From Podarcis cretensis (taxonomy: Eukaryota), in NCBI GenBank assembly GCA_951804945.1, contig OX638150.1, forward strand, positions 51,894,001 to 51,958,000: a DNA stretch of 64,000 bases, in the 5' to 3' direction. A model generated the notes under the pieces. It searched no databases, was not told where the DNA came from, and saw only the letters and a list, made by a program, of their open reading frames with translations. Made by a program: the position numbers and the translations under genes. Positions 36,958 through 49,424 of this stretch are shown piece after piece; position 1 is the stretch's first letter; every line of letters begins with the position of its first letter.

Positions 36958-38499
36958 CTGTGGGGCAATGACAAGGAAAAGCTGTATTAGAGGCAAGCTG
37001 AAAATGGCAGCCTACCCTGGCTTGATCGTTGCTTTTTGGCCACTCCTTCATCATACTTAAAACATCAAATATGATACTTCTCCTAGTCCAATTGTGTTTC
37101 CAATTAAAGTGGGCAAAAGGAACATAAAGAAAAATATCTGTAAACACAGAATTTTCAAGGCAGTTAGGAATTCTTCCGTCAAACAAAGCTCCACCAGTAT
37201 TTGCTATTCTACGGGAGCACTGTCCAATGGAACACCATACTACAAGCGGGTTGCCCGATGCAGGGGCCTCTATTCCTTTCAGACTTGTATTTGGTGCTCA
37301 CAAAAAGAGACCTGTTTCTGTTCACTGCCTCACTCAATTGCAGAAAAGCAGATTCTGCAAACTACACTACCTACTTGAGAGAATAAATATTCCTTCCTCG
37401 TCTCATCTCTCTCATACCTCCGCACCCCCACCCCGTCCTTGCCAATTTAATTCATGTAAGAGAGACTGGAAAGAGAATGCATTTAATCACTTTAGACCAT
37501 TAATAATAAATTGTGTGTAATGTACTTGCATGCTAAAATAGCAGTAGTGACCTTTAAAAAAATGTTTCAAAGCACACTACAGACTATTTGTTACTGACAG
37601 GCTACGTGAACAAGCGACAAACTCTCTCCCAGCACAACATCCCATCTGATAGCGCCCAATGTAAACAAAAAAACCAAAAAAACCGACAAACATTTCTAGC
37701 CCCAAAGCATAAAACTAGAAACACATCACTCCATATGAACCATTCCCCTGTATAGTTATTGAGAGTTGATAATGAGAAAAAGAATGCGTATGAGGAAAGC
37801 AAAGGGCAAGATACTTCGGCAAATTTTGATTTAGGACATTCAGATTTCTAAAAGGAAGAATCATCCTAAGATTATTTTCCCAAAGTCTTAGATCTATAAT
37901 CTGGGGGCCACTACCTGGATGGTAATTCATGCTGAAATCATGGCATGACTTGTGGATGGGAGCTTAAGGCTGCAGTACTGTGCGTGCTTACTTAGGAATA
38001 AAACACACTGAATTAAGTGGGATTTACTTCTGGGGAAACGTACACAGGTTTACACTGTTAAACTTGATTTTAAGTTACACATAACTCTGCTGCATTTGCA
38101 TGCATTTTAGCCTCCTTAAAAGTGGAAATGTATTGAAAATTTATCTGAAGGGCTTAAAGTTGACTATCAATGCAATATATGGAAAAATCAAACGTATAAA
38201 ACAGCTTTCAATTTTGATTAGCCACATAGCTTTTCTTGACAGAAGGAATCTGGGAGGGGGTGTTAAAGTAAAGCCTGTCTTCCTCCTCAGGATCCCAAGT
38301 AGCCAGTTCAATATTTCAAAGGAGTGGCTTTTTCTAAGTGCTTAAGTCATAAAAGCTTCACATCTACAATGTTAAGAGTTGATATAATGAATTTGTACAT
38401 AGTGCATCCTGCTTTGTGAAGCATCTACAGTTCTATATTTGGGACACACTCTGTACCCGTCTTCCAGCCACTCCCCAATTACTGACGCTACAAAAGTGA

Positions 38500-38610
38500 T
38501 CCAACTTGGCCCTCACTTTCTCTTACATTTCTACCTGTAAAATGGTAATAATAGTGAACTGTAAAATGGTAATAATAGTGATCTATTTCATATGGATGCT
38601 CTGAAGGGAA
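38500..38610 (+). mobile_element. MIR/CORE-SINE-like fragment with an internal tandem duplication
   Basis: CTGTAAAATGGTAATAATAGTGA occurs twice in tandem and resembles the CORE sequence. Confidence 0.5.
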
Positions 38611-40294
38611 AGAGGCGGCCAAGCACTTTTGAAGGCTCTGATCAAAATTCAGCAAGAGTTAAGTGCTGTTATGCTCATTTATTTTAATGGGCTTTTGGCA
38701 CACAGTCCAAATTAATTGACTGTGGCCGACAAGAGCTATAGCACATTGTAAACTATAGTTCTACAGACTACAGGGGGAGAGAGAAATGGCCTGGTTTCTA
38801 CCTGCTGCCTCCACTGACAAGCTAGCCATTGTATAATTCACTTCATAGGAGCTGTGCCCCTTCAACTCTACCCAGGATCATAATGCAGGATCTCACACAC
38901 CACAGACCATAGCTTTCTGACAAGGCTTAGTAGGGCACAGTGAAAATGTAAAGACAATTTTCAGAATCACGCTAGGTCTTGGTAAGGCATAAATACCCAC
39001 AAGGCACAGAATAAATTTCAATAGCCTTTTGGCAAGGCACTTAACTATTCCTAGGTGATTGTTTAATTTTAAGCTGGAAAAGTGTCCCTTGTTTTGGGTG
39101 CAGAAGGACATGGAAAGGGGGCTTAAGAATTTGGGGAGGTGGGGAGAGGTTGTGGTCGTGGTTTTCAAAATTTTAAGCACCCCAATTTAAACCGTGCCTA
39201 CTTAAGTATGATTTGAACTATTTTAAATTAATGCATTTATTATGTCATTATTGCTGAAGCTATGTTATCTTTAACAATCATGTCAACAATTAAGATGACA
39301 GGAATGCCAAATCTGTCCTTTGAAGTCAACTGTAGAGCTGGAGATATGTACGGTAAACCAATACCAGAAAGGGGGGAGGGGGTTGTGACAGCTTTATTCA
39401 GATAACCCCGGAGTACACCAGACACATGTATTAGTGCTCATGTTCTGAGAACACTGGAAGCAGCAGATTACATCACAGGCAGCATCCAAGATCCCTAGTG
39501 CTTTGTAAACACATACTATCAGGCTTGTCTATAAGGACAAAAATAAGTCCACAATCATGGCTCATTGAGCTGTACTTCTAGGTACGCCAACTGAAGCCAA
39601 GCTATCACCTGAACTCTACAGGACAAGGTGATAAATCAAGAGCGATGAATCTCTTGCCTGGAGGGAATAGATTCAAGAAGAGGAAAAACCCAATGCTTTG
39701 GAAAAGCTTCCAAACTCTTGGAAAGAGAATTACGACATTGCTGCCCTCGCTGGAGTCCTCTGATAAGCAGAGAAGCTGGCGTTTCTCTTGTGTCAAGGTG
39801 CTGTGCTTTCTAAAAAACCCTGATAGGGCAGGAATGCCACATGAGAGGCTCTAAGTGGCCGTCACAGGAGATAATGGTTATAAAGCCTGAGCTGGAGAGG
39901 GAGGATGAGTCATGGCACTGCATGGTACACACAGCTGGCAATTTGTGGAGCCAATGCAAGGGGAAGAGGCCTCATGTCATTGGATTGTTCTCCTTGGTTG
40001 TGGGGCTCACAGATCCAAAAGTTAAAAGCTATCTCACACCAAGGGCACCAGTGCAACAAACACACCTGCAGTTTTATCAAGCGAGCTTATGTAATAGGAA
40101 CAGGCTACCAATATAAATACTATGGACAGTTTCTGGCATTGGTTTTAAATTTCTGAAGTGTTGGCGTATTAATTTAGGCAACTGTAATTGGAGAAAAAAT
40201 ATCTGTTGCCAGCTTATCTGCCCCATGGTGCAATCCAATTTAACCACGATGGAGCAGGACGTCCGCCTGAAGATTTCACATTTTCACCATTGCT

Positions 40295-40464
40295 TATTTC
40301 ATTTATTTATTCCATTTACATTCCACCTTTCCTCCAAGAGCTCATGGTGGCACACCTGGTTCTGTCCTTCTCAGTTATTACCCTCACAGCAAGCCTGTGA
40401 GGTAGGCTTGGCAGAGAGACTGTGAGCTTCATACCTAGGTAGGGATTTGAACCCGAGTCCCAGT
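40295..40464 (-). mobile_element. Old CORE/L2-tailed SINE fragment
   Basis: CCTCACAGCAAGCCTGTGAGGTAGG and GGGATTTGAACCC (reversed B box), with a TTTA-type tail. Confidence 0.55.
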
Positions 40465-40629
40465 AACAGTGACTGGATGAAAATGAAAATGCAAGCTTAG
40501 TATCCGGGCTTTACACTTTACAACATAAGCACCGCTACCAACCTCACACAGCTTGTTCTGAGAGAAGAGAGACATGACAAAAGGGTCTATACAGAAGGAG
40601 ATTTTTTTTAACAGACCATATACACCTAC

Positions 40630-41190
40630 CTAGTATTTGCACTTCATGTGTGATTCCATAGACATCTATCAGTGCCCAGAGAGGCCCGGAGACTTTGACG
40701 CCACAGTGAAACAGAATTGGCTCTTCATCATTAACGCTATAGAAAACTCTCCCATGGCGGTCGACCCAGAATGCCAAGATGTTGTCTCTTAGTGCAAACC
40801 TCTCTGGCAGGGCTTTGGCCCAGAAGCCTGGCCGTGTCACCAGGTCTGGGCAGGCGTATTTTGGTATATCGTCTGCGCTCATCTGCGATGGATCGTGAGT
40901 GGTGAAGCCAAAGCGCAGCGCCCCGCTCCACCCATGGTGCACAGACACCAGCTTGAGACGCACTTTCTCGTAGAGGTGGATGGGCCGGTTGGTGAAAGTG
41001 ACGCCGTTGCAGAAACTGTTCCTCCGAGTGGCTTTGCGGGAATGGGCATCCAGGCGTATGTTTTTTCCTTTGGCCTGGAAATGGAATCGCGGAGGTTCAG
41101 CAATGGTGAGGACAGACCGCCTCTCATGGCTACTGTTAGGCAGAGTGTAATAAGGCCTGTGGGATACAGAGCGAGCCTGTTGACTGGTGT
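40630..41190 (-). CDS. NEURL1B: NEURL1B exon 2, first NHR domain
   Basis: ttgcag|ACACC...ACTAG|gtaggt; 561 nt, phase 1-1; DTSQQARS...EPPRFHFQAKGKNIRLDAHSRKATRRNSFCNGVTFTNRPIHLYEKVRLKL...LWALIDVYGITHEVQIL. Confidence 0.96.
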
Positions 41191-41666
41191 CTGCAAATAA
41201 TAATTAAAAAAAACAGGAAGAAGAGGCATTGTTAGGAATTTGCTAATTTAGGTTGCAATGCTAAGAAAACTGCTCCCCTCCCCCCGCCCCAGCTACTGAT
41301 ATGTGCAGATTCTAGGCTAGATTTTAACAGACTAATCAGATACAAACACACTCCTTATTTGGACAAAGTTCCTCTGCTCCCTGTTCTTGTAATCCTAGTA
41401 AGAATGACATTTTTCCAGTGGAGAAAAATTCTGTCTCTCAGCCAGTGTTCAGCTGGAACCAGTTTTTAAATGAATACATTGCTAGATACAACTGACACCT
41501 CAACAGATACACAAACAAAAAAAACCTTAGCACACTAGGTTGAGGTGGGGAGATCCAAACTGCAGTAGTCACACTGCTACTGTTTGAGGCCAAAAGAGGA
41601 ACTGACTAGACAATTTCACTGCTGACATAAACAGATTTGCTCAACAACTGCTTCTACAATCTAAAA

Positions 41667-41917
41667 CATGGGTAGGCAAACTAAGGTCCGGGAGCCAGAA
41701 CCGGCCCAATCGCCTTCTAAATCCGGCCCATGGACGGTCTGGGAATCAGCCTGTTTTTACATGATAGATTGTGTCCTTTTATTTAAAATGCATCTCTGAG
41801 TTATTTGTGGGGCGTAGGAATTCATTCATTATTATTATTTTCAAAATATAGTCCAGCCCCCCACAAGGTCTGTGAGACAGTGGGCTGGCCCCTCCTGAAA
41901 AAGTTTGCTGACCCCTG
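41667..41917. mobile_element. hAT-Charlie MITE (OC1/nhAT1-like) with a perfect 8-bp TSD
   Basis: ATCTAAAA|CATGGGTAGGCAAACT...AAGTTTGCTGACCCCTG|ATCTAAAA. Confidence 0.88.
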
Positions 41918-43290
41918 ATCTAAAACTTGGGGCAATTGTTAAGTAGGCATCCCAGAAGACAGAGAAAGCAGCCAGTCTGGAGCCCTGTACCCCAGGCAGC
42001 CTATGTGTGCTACGTGAGAGCAGAGATGAAGATTGACATAAAGAGAAGCTGCCAATATGTGGTAATATTACTTGCTGCTACCCTTCTGCCTCTTCTTGGT
42101 CCCCAGTGCATGTCCTGTTGAAAGTGACTTGAAGCAACAGTGCCCTCCTCTACCCATGAACTCTGAAGCAGACAGGTAGATTGTATGTTTGGAACAATGA
42201 CCGCATATCAACAAAAGGAGGTGGCAGATTTATCTTAGTGGCACTGAACACCTCCAAGATGACCTGCCCATCATTTAAAAAGAGAAAGTCAGTCACCAAG
42301 TTAGTAACTAATCTGCAAGCAACTGTTGGACCACCCCAGGCAACCAAGCATTTAACCATCCCTAAAAGGCCCCTGGTTCTGAGCTCTAAGTGCTATCTTT
42401 GGCCTGCTTAGTATCCACAACATGCTTTGTAGCTCTAAGAACTAGCTTTCAATTGTATGTTGCTTCAAATGTTAGCTGCTGATGGCTTAAATTCTGAAAA
42501 TCCATTTGGGGCATCATAATTGTGTTTTAGCATAAACAGCATGCATTTTCCCTTATCCAATCTTTATTACACTGAACTACAAGATAAAATAGGGCCATCA
42601 GAAACCCCCAAAGCTAAATGAAGCAGCCCTAGGGTGGAGGTGGGGGAAATTGGCTCCTAATGAAACTGTTTTTGTAAGTCTGTCCTATGACTTCCCCTCA
42701 TGGCAGGAACAGTGTCATGGCAAATATTCAGTAATCATTTCCCTTATTTTTAATGAACGACACACACACAAAATAGCTCAGTGAGACAAGATTAAGGCTC
42801 CCACCCTAATAAACCCCAAACACAAAAGTCAAAACAGTTTTATTGTAATTACAAGTAGCCACATGCCGAAATATTAACATAGCTGGAAAACAAAACTGCA
42901 CTAAGGTCCTGCTTGGCACTTTACACTTGGGAGGAATAGGGATTTGTTTAAATATATTTTAAAATACCTTCACAGCAGGAGCTTCAATATTTTTGAATTG
43001 ATACTGTGCAAGTGACAATTGTTTCAAATAATGGCAACACCTCTCCTTAAAAACAAACAACACATTCCTAACATTTGTGACTTACTTCTTTTACTTAACA
43101 GTAATTAAAATGCATACCAAAAAGTATTAGCTGACCTCAGCAGCCACACACTAAACAGCCCAGAAGAACTCTACTTCAGAATTGATTCCTGCGAATTCTC
43201 TCCCATTATTTCCCTCCCAACACCCAGACAGGCTCTTTTGATTGCATAAAAGTGAATTCAGAAAAAGCCCAGTCAGGTGTTGCACTCCTA

Positions 43291-43550
43291 AGCCACGTTC
43301 ACACCATACATTTAAAGCATGATACCACTTTAAACAGTCATGGCTTCCTCCAAATAATCCTGGGAATTCACAGAGCTGCCATTTTCCAGAATGGTTAAAC
43401 AATCAATCCCTCTTCACATGAACTCTAGGAAATGTAGCTCTCTGTGGGGAAGAGGGGTCTCCTAACAAACTACAGCTCCCAGAACTCTTGGGGAGCCAAG
43501 GCTGTTTGAAGTGTATCATAGTGCTTTAAATGTGTGGTATGAATGCAGCC
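43291..43550. mobile_element. Palindromic MITE, probably PIF/Harbinger-type
   Basis: Long imperfect TIRs (TTCACACCATACATTTAAAGCA / TGCTTTAAATGTGTGGTATGAA), flanked by TAA. Confidence 0.65.
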
Positions 43551-45024
43551 TAATAGCTGCAGATTCTGAAAGCATTTAACAGGGTCTCTCAGTCTCTACA
43601 GACCTTTCTATGGAAGCAGCTCAAGAATGCAATCCAACCCATTCCAGCCTGCAAATACACCCCACTGTGTTAAGTGGTGTTTATGTACAAGTAAACATGC
43701 ACAGGACAGGGCAGCAAGACAGGCATCCTGTCAGTTTTGGTGAGATTTTTTTTTACCTCCCCCTTAGGACTGCCTGACCAGAAAAAAACAGACTGCCCTG
43801 CTTTTTATCTGCAGAAATCAGCACATGGAGGTTTTTATGGTATGGAGCTAAGCATTCTCACCTCCCAGTGTCTGCAGTACAAGCTTGCAAAGGGTTTAGA
43901 AAACGTGCCTGTATAACAATAATGATAAAGGAACAAAGCTGGCAACAATACCTCTTGAATGATATCTTTAGCAGGCCAAATCCTTAGCAGCAGCAGTGCC
44001 TCTCAGGAGGTTATACAAGCCTGTTTGTAATGTAAACATCCTGCCAAAGGATGACAGATATGTTTTAAGAAAAATTTTCCAAAAGGAGAGAACCAAGATG
44101 ACTAGCAAATCTAAATAAATAACTGGGAGGGAAGTACTTGCACTTCCCAAGTGAACCACATGGGCCACGAACCACTCTCTGGTGCAAGAGATTCAGCTGG
44201 AAGAACTGAGAGACTAGCAACTCGCTGAAGGTGAAAATATAGTGTTTCTGGCCAGAGAGTCCTGGGAGCATCACTTCTGTTACAGTAACACCTAAGTACG
44301 TGGCAGCCATGAAGAGGTGGGAAACATACGGCGTTTCAGGAGTTACATGGAAGAGCACATGCAAACAAGTTTATCTTTATATGAGAGCTAGAAACAGAAA
44401 CTGAACTCTTTAAGATATTTCTTTTCATTACACTTATCTTAAGAATGGAGAGATACGGGAAAGAATGGAGAGGCACATAATAGTGGTACACATAATGAAT
44501 AGCGAGTTATAGATAGGCCCAATGGGGTAAACGTTCTCAGGCATTCAGGGCAGCGTTGTTTACACCAATAGCGGAAGCTTTATCGCCACCTTCAATAAGA
44601 GCATGATAAGGCCAGAGAACAGAATCAAAGACCGCCAGGCACAAATGCATTAAGGCCTGTGACACATACACTTATGTGATTAAGCGGCAAACTGCTCCCA
44701 CTTATCACTATTGGCCTATACACTACACTGTACAACTTGCCTTGTGAACGGGAAAACTCTCCATCTACTTATATTCAGTACAATAGCGCAGTTTCTGCAC
44801 AATCTGATCTAGATATATTGGCACTGACTGCCAAGAAAACCATTCTTAGTATCTGCTTATTGAGTTTTTAATGGGTGTCCCTTCCTCTAAAATAGTCATT
44901 GTTTGATTCATCTTAGTTGACTAAGTATATAGATGGCAACGGCCACAGTCAGAGCATAACTCAACTGCCTTGTCCAGGAATGGCTGCCATAAGGAGTGGT
45001 GGAGAGAGGAATATTTCAATAAAT

Positions 45025-45252
45025 ACAGCAAACCCACAACGTATGTGCATTTAACTTTTGCACATTCAGCTTTACGTGCGGACAAAATAAATAAATAAAA
45101 ATTAAAAGGGTGGAGAAAGGGTGTGAGGTTCTGGGGGAAATGACTTTGGCAATCCCACTTACTATTGAGCTCAATAGATTTTGACTATGCATAATTTGGC
45201 TTTAGGCAAAATCCACCGGAACATAACCCCTGCATAAGCTGCCTGCTTACTG
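45025..45252. mobile_element. Old Tc1/mariner-type MITE
   Basis: TA|CAG...CTG|TA termini with degenerate inverted arms. Confidence 0.45.
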
Positions 45253-45343
45253 TACATCCTGTTGTACAGCAACATACTGTTTCACTATCTTCAAACACAT
45301 TCTTCAGCACACCTTCACATAGTTTATGATCTTAAGGTATAAA

Positions 45344-45346
<3 letters not shown>

Positions 45347-45374
<28 letters not shown>
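45347..45374. repeat. (GT)n microsatellite
   Basis: Read directly from the sequence. Confidence 0.95.
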
Positions 45375-45377
<3 letters not shown>

Positions 45378-45476
45378 ATATACACACGCACATAGACACA
45401 CAGGCATCTACATTTTGTATAATGCCTATCCCATTCCTTGAATGTACAAGCAGAGAAGAATATCAAGCCAAGAAAT

Positions 45477-45479
45477 TAG

Positions 45480-45551
<72 letters not shown>
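45477..45551. repeat. (TAGA)n(GA)n(TAGA)n compound microsatellite
   Basis: Read directly from the sequence. Confidence 0.95.
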
Positions 45552-48500
45552 GAAAGGAATTTTATTATGCATTGGATAAATCCAGAGAATTTTAAGAGGT
45601 CGATGAGTAATGTCAAAAGATGGAAAAGCAGTTGTATAGCCAAAATGCTACCATCATTCCAAGCTGATGAACAGGAAGTTTAGGCCAGGGGTTATTTAAA
45701 AAACAAAACAAACAGGAAAGCATGTTGCGATTATACAATAGGGAATTATCCTGAAGGAAATGAATGGGTCATGTTATCCTTTACTAGAACGGACACCTGT
45801 CAGTTACCCTTTTAAAACATACAGTACTTTTTCTTTAGCGGGATTGGGACAGTGAAAGAGCACTGTAAATATAGTTGCCCTATAGCAAGCATCATTTTTG
45901 ACAAGATATTTTGCAAGCGTAAAACCAGCATCTTCCACAAGAGATGCAGAGGAAAGAGTGGCAAAAGCATTTTCCATGCACCAGACATCAACCTAGTCTG
46001 ACAACACATTCTCATTCCAGTGGGTGCCTCATTCTCTACCATTCTGAAGTCCACAGCAAAGGATAGCTTCAATTGGTACATAAGTAATCATATCCTATTT
46101 CCAGATACTTCTGATCATGAAAGTGTTTTGGACAGTGTATGGGGAAATATCTATAGCATTTCAATACCAGCCTTGTCAATCTGTGAGTGGTGGACCAATG
46201 GCATACATGTACACCCCAAAATGACTGTGGTAAAATATTGTCATAAATTGCCATATGATAAGTGAGCATGTTATTCGCTGTAACTCCCTCAACTATTTTA
46301 CGTTGATTGGTCAGTCTGTGGTGCAGCTGATAGAAATAGAGAATGTGAGATTGAAGAAGCAGCTCGTGGGAACTGAAATGAGAATATGGACTATTCAAAA
46401 TGAAATACGAGATGTCTCAGCTCACATAATCTCACCATCCTGAGGTTTGAGAAAGTGGTGGCAGTGGTAGCTGTATTGGTAACCAGCAACACATCTGTTG
46501 CAGTGATTATATTTTTAGCTTTTTAAAGACTAGTTTGCAAACAATCCAAATCATTCCCCACTGATACTTCAGCCCCTCACACAGTTTAAATCACACTTAT
46601 TTATATATCTTTTAATTAAATTTAGTGATTTAATCCAGACACATGAGGATTTGGAGAAACCTGACTGGAATGGAATTGGGGCCCACAGTGTATCCCTCAC
46701 TGCTAGTTTTAGAAAAGCTCTTAACTGCCAATCTCATGGGGATTTCAGTTGATTTAAAAAAAAACAACTATAATACATCCTTAAATCATGGGTTTGGTAT
46801 TCTTTTCAACATGCATTTTTTTAAATAAAAAAACCCCAACACCTGTTATTTCTGGTATTGTTTGGCTTTGTAAATGGAAGGCCACACAAACCCTTTTCTT
46901 TAATGTACATTGTATTAACCTCACTGAAGCCTTTAAAATTCCATTTTAGAACAAAACTCTTATTGTGAACAATACTTAAACCAACAAAGATTCCCCAAGA
47001 CACACACAAACACATTACAGTTTGCATCATCTTGTACAAAGCATTATATATTCTGTGTCTTTCTTCTCAGCCACACGTATCAGCATTACAACCACACAAT
47101 GTTCATCTCTTGAACACTCCGGCGGCTTAAATTATTTGGTGTCTCTGCAGAGTAATGGCAATGATCCAAACTGGAGGAAATGCTGAAATTAAAAGACATG
47201 TTTATACAGGACACACTTCTCCTAAAATGTGCACTGGAAGAACAAAAGACTATTTGGCTTCAATGACTCATATGGCTGAAAAGACCAGAAGATAACCTAG
47301 CCCAGTGACTTACATCAAGGCAGTACTGCTACCTAACAACTCATCTTGAATTGACCTACATAATGCAGACTATAACATCTCACAAGCCGAGGGCAGCAGA
47401 GAGAACCGCTCAAAATGCCCACAGAACAGATAGTACCAGACAATAAAAGAACCACAAACTACAGGAAAATGTGGTGGTGGTGGTTTTCATTACCACTATC
47501 TGAGACAAACAGACTTTTAATCTAGGAGAAAACTTCCCAAATTCAAATATGACATTATGTGAGGCCTAAGCCAAGAAGAAAACCATCCACAGACTCTTCC
47601 CAAAAGTCATTTTAAACAGGGACACTACACCCAACCTCTTTCAAGATGTAGGAGGACTTGGTACCTCCAAAGAAATGGGGGTGGGGGAGAACCCAACTAT
47701 ATTGAATGTAGAAAATATTTTTTCTCTCGCCACAATGAGTCCACAAGAATAGAGGCACCAGATTAAACAATCTTAAAACACAATTAAAAATCAAACCATG
47801 CTTTTTTTAAAGTTATAGCTTTGTCCAAGGCCACAGTAATACTTTCCCTAAGCCAACAAAGCCATAACCTAAATCCTAATCAGCTAATGGCCACTTAAAG
47901 CCCTGAGGCAGGCCACCTGGTTTCATTTGCACAGATGGAAAGCAGGAGCAATTGTACTAAAATCTCTAAAGGACATGAGACAAGTACGCCAGAGAGCCAT
48001 AGCAACAGGTCTCAGAGCTTGCTCTCACAAATCAATTATTGCTTAATGCTTTTTCATTCAACTTTGTCCTCCCCTGGGCATTTAAAAATTGTGTTTCAAG
48101 AGGAAACCCATAGTCCCTTTGTGAATATGCTGTGAAGGTTTTAATAAAGTCAGAATATATGAGAGTGAGAAGTTTTAATGAGTAAGGTTATCATTACAGA
48201 GCCATTCTGAAAAACAGTGTTGTCAACAGTATCTCCTGCAATGGTCCCCTCTTCCCTGTGACACAAACATCACCACATTAGTATTTTGTCCCATGCACGA
48301 TACCTTTGAAGTGCAGGTGAGAGTTTTTGGCCAATCTAAACAAGAAGAATTGAGAACTGAAGGCTCCCACTTTTGGTAGCAAGCAACTGCTCTAGTTTAA
48401 ACTCAGAAACGCAAACCTGTGAAGATAAGTCCTTAATGATTTATTATCAGAAACACAGAAAGGTAAAACAAAAACAAACAAAAACCCTCTTAACATTGGA

Positions 48501-49365
48501 GACAGTGTTAGGGCAAACAGTATATGTGTAGATAAGCACTACTTAAAATGTGTTACAAAGCTGCTCCTAATTGTTCATTCTTATCCCACAACAAAGATGC
48601 AACTGTGGAAAAGGGCAATGTAGCAAAATTCCAGACACAGGAAATGCTATGCTATGATTATTCAGAGCAAAATAAGTTAGTAGCTCACAGCTTGGAGCAG
48701 CACATCCCTTGCCTCTGAAAGCACAGCCCTTTTATAGGATGAAACCCAAGATACCTGATGACGAATCAGAATTTGTCCCAACTCTGGGTTGCTGGAATCT
48801 AGCAGACATCAAAACAATGGAGGACTAAAGATAAAGGGGAACGAATTGGGTTGTTGAAAAGATGGCGTTCAAGGCATTTAAGATGGGCCTAAAGGGAATG
48901 ATACATTATTGCAAGAAAAATCTTTATTCCTTCTCCTATTGTGTTCAGGGAGATGTTTTAGACGCTGCACTTCAGCCCTGTCTAGTCACAATACATCAGT
49001 AGGTGTACATGTCCCAGTTGCGAAGACGCAAAGAAAAGGAAGAGATCTTGATATTGGATGCATTACAAAAGCTTCAGCTTTCACACTTTTAAAAGGCCAG
49101 TTTTTAGCCCATAGCTATGAAGACAGACTTCCAAGTGTGGAGCTTGTATGCTCTAAATATTCAGAGAGAATGAACACACAAACTTAGCTGAAACTTTTTC
49201 TAAGGTGGAATAATAGTTCCTTAAATCATCCAAATTTAAAAATGTCATTAAAAATGCAGAACAACAACAAATATGTTTTACTTACTTAATTCTTATCTGG
49301 GAAACAAGGGATAGAACCTGTCATTATTTTATGTACACTCAACTGTATGGATGTTACTGAAACCA

Positions 49366-49376
49366 GGGGGGGGGGG

Positions 49377-49420
<44 letters not shown>
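49366..49420. repeat. Poly-G plus (GA)n polypurine tract
   Basis: Read directly from the sequence. Confidence 0.95.

Positions 49421-49424
<4 letters not shown>

Noticed and set aside
36958-37186. N-terminal extension of the 321-aa ORF
   Set aside because: Intronic read-through upstream of the exon 3 acceptor at 36958-36959.
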